Assembly: GCA_023262965.1 (NCBI GenBank)
Contig: JALQXX010000003.1
Coordinates: forward strand, 3,996-67,995
Direction: 5' to 3'
Length of the DNA stretch: 64,000 nt
DNA from: Candidatus Marinamargulisbacteria bacterium
Lineage (GTDB): Bacteria > Margulisbacteria > Marinamargulisbacteria > UBA817
Made by a program: the position numbers and the translations under genes. This document shows, in pieces, positions 58,332 to 64,000 of the stretch. The stretch's first letter is position 1. Every line of letters starts with the position of its first letter. The notes below the pieces were generated by a model that was not told the DNA's origin, made no database searches, and saw only the letters and a program-made list of their open reading frames with translations.

Positions 58332-58934
58332 ATGTCGGATGACTGGTATGGTCGTGGGGGAAAGCGATTGATGGATACCATAGTAGCCATTATAGCGCTT
58401 GTTTTCCTAAGCCCCCTGATGGTGATTATTACGGTTGGCATCAAATGCACGTCGAAAGGGCCGATTTTTTACAAACAACAGCGAATCGGGCAAAAATCCA
58501 CGCCTTTTACGGTCTATAAATTTCGGTCCATGCGTGTCAACAATCCAGCCAAACATCCCGATGTTACTACAGTGAGTGACCCGCGTATTACGGCTTACGG
58601 TCGATTTATTCGACGTCATCAATTGGATAAATTGCCGCAGCTATGGAATGTGATTAAAGGGGACATGAGTCTTGTCGGTCCCAAACCTGAACTGGAAAAA
58701 TACATTCAGCACCACGAACGTTTGTACCGTTCCATTTTACAAGTACGGCCCGGAATGACCGATATGGCCGCCATTCTGTTTAAAAATGAATCCCGTATGT
58801 TGGCCACATATCCGGATCCGGAATGGGCCTACACCACCGTCATGTTGCCCAAAAAAATAGCCCTATATAACGCTTATATAACCAACATTTCCTTTTTAAA
58901 GGATATGCACATTATTTTTAAGACTATAGTTTAA
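58332..58934 (+). CDS. Monotopic phosphoglycosyl transferase (bacterial sugar transferase family) with altered active-site motifs
   Basis: KRLMD, GPIFYKQQRIG, KFRSM, DPRIT; LDKLPQL and GPKPE in place of LDELPQL and GPRPE; start uncertain. Confidence 0.88.
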   Translation: MSDDWYGRGGKRLMDTIVAIIALVFLSPLMVIITVGIKCTSKGPIFYKQQRIGQKSTPFTVYKFRSMRVNNPAKHPDVTTVSDPRITAYGRFIRRHQLDKLPQLWNVIKGDMSLVGPKPELEKYIQHHERLYRSILQVRPGMTDMAAILFKNESRMLATYPDPEWAYTTVMLPKKIALYNAYITNISFLKDMHIIFKTIV

Positions 58935-60234
58935 AAATAGTGGGGGAGGATAGCCCCTTTGTAGCGTTTCGCGTGTCCACAATAATGGACGCGTTTTTGA
59001 CAATCTCAGAAATACGATAGTAATGGTGATTGGTGACAATACACACCGCATCATAATTCGACCAAACAAGCGTATCCATGGGAATGGACTGGTAGGATGT
59101 ATCCCATTCCAAACAGGGAATATAATCATCGTTATAAGCCAACAACGCACCCAAATTGGCCAGCTCAGTCATAATGTCGTGGGCCGGCGATTCACGACCG
59201 TCATTGATGTTTGGCTTGTAGGCTACCCCTAGTATCAAAATACGAGATCCATTCAGGGATTTCTTTACCGAATTTAATGCATGGGCAATGCGCTGCACTA
59301 CATGATGGGGCATGCTGGTGTTGATTTGCTCGGCCAATCCAATAAAACGGGCGCTGTAATTTAAGGACTTCATTTTCCACGATAAGTAGCTGGGATCAAC
59401 GGGAATGCAATGCCCCCCCAGTCCCGGTCCGGGGTAAAATGGCATAAACCCAAAGGGCTTTGTAGTCGCTGCATCAATTACTTCCCAGATATCAATCCCA
59501 AGCTTGTGGGCCATTAGGGCCATTTCATTGGCCATAGCAATATTAATTGACCGAAACGTGTTCTCATACAATTTGGTGAGCTCTGCTGTGCGGGCAGACG
59601 ATACCGGCACGGTGGTATCAACCGCATGGTGGTAGGTATTGCAGGCCAATTCGGTGCAATGAGGGGTAATGCCACCCACAATTTTGGGGGTGTTTCGGAT
59701 TGTGTACCGGGTGTTGCCCGGGTCCACGCGTTCGGGTGAAAAGGCTAAAAAAATGGTATTGCCAATCACAAATCCTTTTTTTTCAATAATGGGCTGGATG
59801 AGTTCATCGGTGGTGCCGGGATACGTTGTGCTTTCTAAAATAATCAACTGGCCGTTTCGCAAATGGTCCGCTAATCCGTTAATCGCGGATAGTATAAACC
59901 GCATATCCGGGTCTTTGGTTTTTTGAAGGGGGGTAGGCACACAGATACTGATAACGTCTACATTCGATAACGCAGCGACATCGGTGGTAACCTGAAAACG
60001 GGAGGTTGCCAAACAGGTTTGAATACGATCATTGGTAATATCGTGAATGTACGACACCCCCTTTGATAATGACGCAATTTTTGATTCCGACACATCCACG
60101 CCAATAACAGACACCCCGCCCTCAACAAATTCACAGGCCAAAGGAAGGCCTACGTATCCCAAACCAACAATACCTACGGTAAAGTTATTGGATAAAATTT
60201 TTTGATTTAGGGTATTAAATAGGCTTGCGGTCAT
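58924..60234 (-). CDS. Nucleotide-sugar (UDP-GlcNAc-type) 6-dehydrogenase
   Basis: GLGYVGLP, CVPTP, ESTTYPGTT, SPERVDPG, GGHCIPVDP. Confidence 0.94.
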   Translation of the reverse strand: MTASLFNTLNQKILSNNFTVGIVGLGYVGLPLACEFVEGGVSVIGVDVSESKIASLSKGVSYIHDITNDRIQTCLATSRFQVTTDVAALSNVDVISICVPTPLQKTKDPDMRFILSAINGLADHLRNGQLIILESTTYPGTTDELIQPIIEKKGFVIGNTIFLAFSPERVDPGNTRYTIRNTPKIVGGITPHCTELACNTYHHAVDTTVPVSSARTAELTKLYENTFRSINIAMANEMALMAHKLGIDIWEVIDAATTKPFGFMPFYPGPGLGGHCIPVDPSYLSWKMKSLNYSARFIGLAEQINTSMPHHVVQRIAHALNSVKKSLNGSRILILGVAYKPNINDGRESPAHDIMTELANLGALLAYNDDYIPCLEWDTSYQSIPMDTLVWSNYDAVCIVTNHHYYRISEIVKNASIIVDTRNATKGLSSPTIFKL

Positions 60235-60314
60235 GACTTGATCGTTATTATAGGGGATGGCAGGTCATTTGAATATGACTTTTTTGGATTATTCGGTATA
60301 CTGGAAGGGCTTGT

Positions 60315-60842
60315 ATGATTGAAAAAACACTATCATCACATGTTGTGTATCAAGGTCCGGTGTTTACCGTTCGGCAGGACGTGGTTGCGGGACGTAGTGG
60401 ATCCGCTATTCGGGATATTGTTGTTCATGCGCCTGCGGTAACGGTCTTGCCCGTCGCCTCCCGAGACGCTATTTATATGATTCATCAATACCGAAAAGCT
60501 GTAGAATCGGTATTAATTGAGGCCCCAGCGGGGTGTATTGAACCGAATGAATCCCCCTTGGATGCGGCCCACCGGGAGCTGAAGGAAGAAACGGGCATTG
60601 TGGCCAAACAGATGATTCCTGTGGGGGAAATGTATATGGCTCCGGGATTTTGCAATGAGTACATGACCATTTTTTTGGCAATGGATTTGACCATGGGGGC
60701 CGCCGAGCACGAGCCGGATGAATCCATGACCCTGCATCGGTATACCTGGGATGATCTTATGAATAAGGTGGCCGAGGGGCAGATTAAGGATGCCAAAACC
60801 ATCCTGGCTCTGCAGTACCTACGACCGTATATAGGGGGATGA
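60315..60842 (+). CDS. nudF: NUDIX hydrolase (ADP-ribose pyrophosphatase)
   Basis: QYR, EAPAG...E.P..AAHRELKEETG, IKDAKT; upstream of xerD. Confidence 0.88.
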   Translation: MIEKTLSSHVVYQGPVFTVRQDVVAGRSGSAIRDIVVHAPAVTVLPVASRDAIYMIHQYRKAVESVLIEAPAGCIEPNESPLDAAHRELKEETGIVAKQMIPVGEMYMAPGFCNEYMTIFLAMDLTMGAAEHEPDESMTLHRYTWDDLMNKVAEGQIKDAKTILALQYLRPYIGG

Positions 60843-61678
60843 CCTTTCGCAGGTTTTTGACGTCGTCTTGCCATTTGGCGCGATTAACGGTGGACGCGTA
60901 TTGCAGTGATATTCGGCATTTTCAAACCGTTGTCGGGCATACCAACCTACCGACTCGGGATGCGATTATTCACTTTATGACCACGTTGCATCATAACGGT
61001 TTTACAACCGCATCGACGCGACGCAAATTATCGGCAGTCAAATTGTACTGCCACTATCGTGCCACCCAGTCCCAGCAACCCATGCCGGAATGGGACCGAT
61101 TGTTCACCCCAAGACGCGCGTTACAGTTGCCGCGGTTAATGACCACAGATGCCTTGCAAAATGCATTGGACTATACCTTTCCAAATCACCCCAAAGCCGC
61201 CCGAAATCGATTGATTGTTGGGCTGTTATTCTATGCGGGATGCCGGGTATCTGAGGTGGTGCATTTGCGCGTCCAACAAGGATCGGATGATTATGTGACA
61301 ATTGATGGTAAGGGGCAGCGGCAACGCATGGTACCCCTTGCGGCGCCGTTGCAGCAGCGTTTTAGGGATTACGAGGCTAGCAGAACCCGTGGTACCAGCC
61401 CATGGATGTTTCCGTCCGGGTCCGGGGCTCGCCCCATATCGCGTCAAACGGTCACGCATATGATTCAGCATCTGACCAAAGCATGTGGGATTCAGGAACG
61501 CATCACACCGCACATGTTCCGGCATATGTTTGCCACCAATTTGATGGAAAAAGGGTTGGATATACGGGATATTCAATGGCTTTTGGGCCATGCATCGATT
61601 CAAACGACACAAATGTACACCCATTTGGACACACGGGCATTAAAACGTACCTTTAATCGGTATCATCCGCTATCATAA
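60839..61678 (+). CDS. xerD: Tyrosine recombinase XerC/XerD family
   Basis: GCRVSE, GKG, TPHMFRHMFAT, LLGH, TTQMYTH. Confidence 0.8.
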   Translation: MTFRRFLTSSCHLARLTVDAYCSDIRHFQTVVGHTNLPTRDAIIHFMTTLHHNGFTTASTRRKLSAVKLYCHYRATQSQQPMPEWDRLFTPRRALQLPRLMTTDALQNALDYTFPNHPKAARNRLIVGLLFYAGCRVSEVVHLRVQQGSDDYVTIDGKGQRQRMVPLAAPLQQRFRDYEASRTRGTSPWMFPSGSGARPISRQTVTHMIQHLTKACGIQERITPHMFRHMFATNLMEKGLDIRDIQWLLGHASIQTTQMYTHLDTRALKRTFNRYHPLS

Positions 61679-61683
61679 TAGGT

Positions 61684-62367
61684 ATGACATGGCAGCAACA
61701 ATGGCGGAACTATACATGGGTACAATGGGGTATTGTTGGGGTTTTGGTGTATTTTTTTGGTGTGATGGCTCCCCAATTAACGGGGCAGTTGGTGATTTTA
61801 ATCGGGTCGGTGGTGATTCATGAGATGGCACATGGGTACATGGCGACTTGGTGTGGGGACCCAACACCGGGGCAGTATGGGCGACTGACCCCAAACCCCA
61901 TTGCGCATATGGATCTTTTGGGCAGTGTACTGTTGCCAGTGATTCTCACCATGAGTGGCAGTCCATTTTTATTTGGCTGGGCAAAACCGGTTCCCGTGGC
62001 CTACCATCGCTTACAGGATCCCCCTAATGATGCGGTGAAAGTGGCGTTGGCGGGCCCATTATCCAACCTAATGATTGCCGGGCTATTGAGTGGGCTGGGG
62101 CGCTACGGTTTGTGGGATACGATGCTGGGGCCATGGCTTCAATATGGCATTATCATCAACACAATACTCGCCGTATTCAACATGATTCCCATACCCCCGA
62201 TGGACGGATCCCGCGTGTTGTATCGGGTATTGCCGGCCGAAGGGCGTCGGATGATGGATGCGATTGAGCCGTATGGCATGTGGATTATTGTGGGCATTGC
62301 CATTCTGAACGGGTTTGATCCCATTTTACGCTATATTGGGCGCCCGATTATTCGGTTTTTTTTATGA
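61684..62367 (+). CDS. Site-2 protease (M50) family
   Basis: HEMAH, GDPT, GWAKPV, AGPLSN, NMIPIPPMDG. Confidence 0.93.
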   Translation: MTWQQQWRNYTWVQWGIVGVLVYFFGVMAPQLTGQLVILIGSVVIHEMAHGYMATWCGDPTPGQYGRLTPNPIAHMDLLGSVLLPVILTMSGSPFLFGWAKPVPVAYHRLQDPPNDAVKVALAGPLSNLMIAGLLSGLGRYGLWDTMLGPWLQYGIIINTILAVFNMIPIPPMDGSRVLYRVLPAEGRRMMDAIEPYGMWIIVGIAILNGFDPILRYIGRPIIRFFL

Positions 62368-62822
62368 AGTTTTTTTTGGATGCGTATAATATCATTGGGG
62401 AATTGCATGATATTCAATTGGGTGATTCGCGTAATGTGACGCAATTTGTGCATTGGTTAGAGCGAAATCGGTGTCAAAACGATCATTTTACAGCTGTATT
62501 TGATGGTCAGATTGATGTGGGGTTTCCGCGCTCGGAAAAGCGGCCTGGTTTGACCATTGTCCATACACCTGGCAATCAAACGGCGGATACGTATATTAAA
62601 AACGCCTTATCCAAAAAAACCGATACATCAGCGATTACCGTTGTGACATCCGATCGTGACATTCTGAATTTTGCCAAAAAAATACGGGTAAAAACGTGGT
62701 CCTCGCGATTGTTTATTCAGTATATCAATGCGGCGCCATCCACCGACATGTCGCGTAAACAATCCCCGCCAATAACCACGGCGCATGTGGCCTTTTGGCT
62801 GAAGGAATTTGGTGGGCAATAA
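62364..62822 (+). CDS. NYN-domain (YacP/Rae1-like) ribonuclease
   Basis: LDAYNII, VFDG, TADTYI, VVTSDR. Confidence 0.85.
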   Translation: MKFFLDAYNIIGELHDIQLGDSRNVTQFVHWLERNRCQNDHFTAVFDGQIDVGFPRSEKRPGLTIVHTPGNQTADTYIKNALSKKTDTSAITVVTSDRDILNFAKKIRVKTWSSRLFIQYINAAPSTDMSRKQSPPITTAHVAFWLKEFGGQ

Positions 62823-62837
62823 TCCAATGATCGATGA

Positions 62838-64000
62838 TCAGGGGCGTTTTTTGGAATTCGTTGCGGATCGGTTTTTTCGTGATCCGTGCTTGATGTAGAT
62901 GCGTTGGGCTTCGTCTGTAAAGCCGGCGGTTTTTCGAATAGCATATAAGCGTGAACTGGCGTTCTTTCGGGCTATTTTTTCATCCACAAGGGGCTTGGCA
63001 TGACCATAATACCAGGGTTCATGAATGCCACTATTGGGTACGGAGGCCAGCTCGGGTAGCCAACGGCGGATAAAGGTGCCGTCCGGGTCCTGGTCATACC
63101 CTTGCTTGATGGGATTATAAATGCGAATGGTATTGATGCCCGTACGGCCGGCCTGCATTTGACACTGACTGTAGTGAATACCAGGCTCGTAATCGGTAAA
63201 TAGGCGCGCTAAGTGGTGCGCACACTGTGTCCAGGCCAATTGCAAATGATGCACCCCCACACTCACCATCATGGCGCGCATGCGAAAATTGAGCCAACCA
63301 TGGTGAATCAAAAATCGCATGCACGCATCCACAAATGGAAATCCCGTACATCCTGTTGCCCATGCCGCAAACCAATCGGGGTCGTGCTCCATGTCATCCA
63401 AATGGCGGTAGGCCGAATGCAACGATTGATATTCAATGCGGGGATCATCTTCGTATTTTTGAATGAAGTGACAGTGCCATTGTAACCGACTCATAAAGGC
63501 TCGAATGGATCGTTTGTGGGCGGTGATTGCGGGTGATGGCGGCGCATTGTTTAGGGTATGCACCTGCAGTAGGGTCCGTTGATACACCTGGCGAAGGGAC
63601 AGGGTGCCGATGGCCAAATACGGGGATAATCGCGAACACGCGGTTTCACCGGTGATGGGTGAGGACATATCGGTTGAATAGGATTGGCTACGGGTGCCCA
63701 GAAATGATTCCAGATATTGCATGGCTATGGCGTGTCCAGCTGGCTGCATGGCTTGTATGCGGGTTTGAGCTGTTTGAATGGTTGGGGGTGGGGTATGATC
63801 GGTAATGAGTAGGCCTTGGGGATGTGGGGGAATGATGGTTGGAGCGGGTGGTTGCGTCATGTAATCCTGCCAGGCCCTGGCCCAACCATCCCGATTTCGT
63901 AGCCGGCGAATCACGCCGTTTTGAGGAGGTTGGTGCCAGGTTATGCCATGAATCGATGCCCATAGCGCGATTTCATTATCGCGACGGTATGTCCATAAAT
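62838..64000 (-). CDS. Cryptochrome/photolyase family protein (5' end beyond window)
   Basis: CSRLSPYLA.G, WHCHFIQK, TGFPFVDACMR, GWLNFRMRAM, DYEPGIH, DPDGTFIRRWLPEL; frame open to window end. Confidence 0.92.
   Translation of the reverse strand, partial: LWTYRRDNEIALWASIHGITWHQPPQNGVIRRLRNRDGWARAWQDYMTQPPAPTIIPPHPQGLLITDHTPPPTIQTAQTRIQAMQPAGHAIAMQYLESFLGTRSQSYSTDMSSPITGETACSRLSPYLAIGTLSLRQVYQRTLLQVHTLNNAPPSPAITAHKRSIRAFMSRLQWHCHFIQKYEDDPRIEYQSLHSAYRHLDDMEHDPDWFAAWATGCTGFPFVDACMRFLIHHGWLNFRMRAMMVSVGVHHLQLAWTQCAHHLARLFTDYEPGIHYSQCQMQAGRTGINTIRIYNPIKQGYDQDPDGTFIRRWLPELASVPNSGIHEPWYYGHAKPLVDEKIARKNASSRLYAIRKTAGFTDEAQRIYIKHGSRKNRSATNSKKRP

Noticed and set aside
60839..61678. Prophage or island integrase
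   Set aside because: Xer-sized, in nudF-xerD housekeeping context, with no att/tRNA site or phage genes.

Overview
64-kb gene-dense chromosomal segment from a diderm (lpxC, flgH/flgI), aerobic, probably sunlit-water bacterium (photolyase). The gene orders (rpsO-pnp-M16 peptidase, nudF-xerD, fliK-like/flhB-C) would fit a Terrabacteria diderm such as Margulisbacteria, but that is inference only. Layout: (1) 1-21.7 kb housekeeping genes (lysC end, rpsB, tsf, dGTPase, trxA, crcB, ribE, nusB, accC, leuS, rpsO, pnp, nrdB, lpxC, serS, pheA, glyA, trpS, wecA-like); (2) 21.8-29.3 kb Mrp/Mnh antiporter operon; (3) 29.8-44.9 kb membrane PPase, alternative complex III (actABCDEF), SCO, A2-type caa3 oxidase, tatA and cyoE; (4) 44.9-56.0 kb a heavily modified flagellar basal-body cluster; (5) 56-64 kb sugar-nucleotide genes, nudF, xerD, S2P protease, NYN protein and a photolyase. 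The most striking signal is the flagellar cluster. The rod or rod-cap proteins FlgB, FlgC, FlgF and FlgJ carry apparent Sec-type signal peptides although they are normally type-III exported, FliG lacks its torque-generating C-terminal domain, and FliF lacks its beta-collar. This suggests a repurposed, non-rotating, flagellum-derived envelope machine. Between flgB and flgC sit a 124-bp palindromic element and a 45-bp tandem array of its hairpin core. No rRNA, tRNA or CRISPR array was seen. All family assignments are by eye from recalled motifs; no searches were run.
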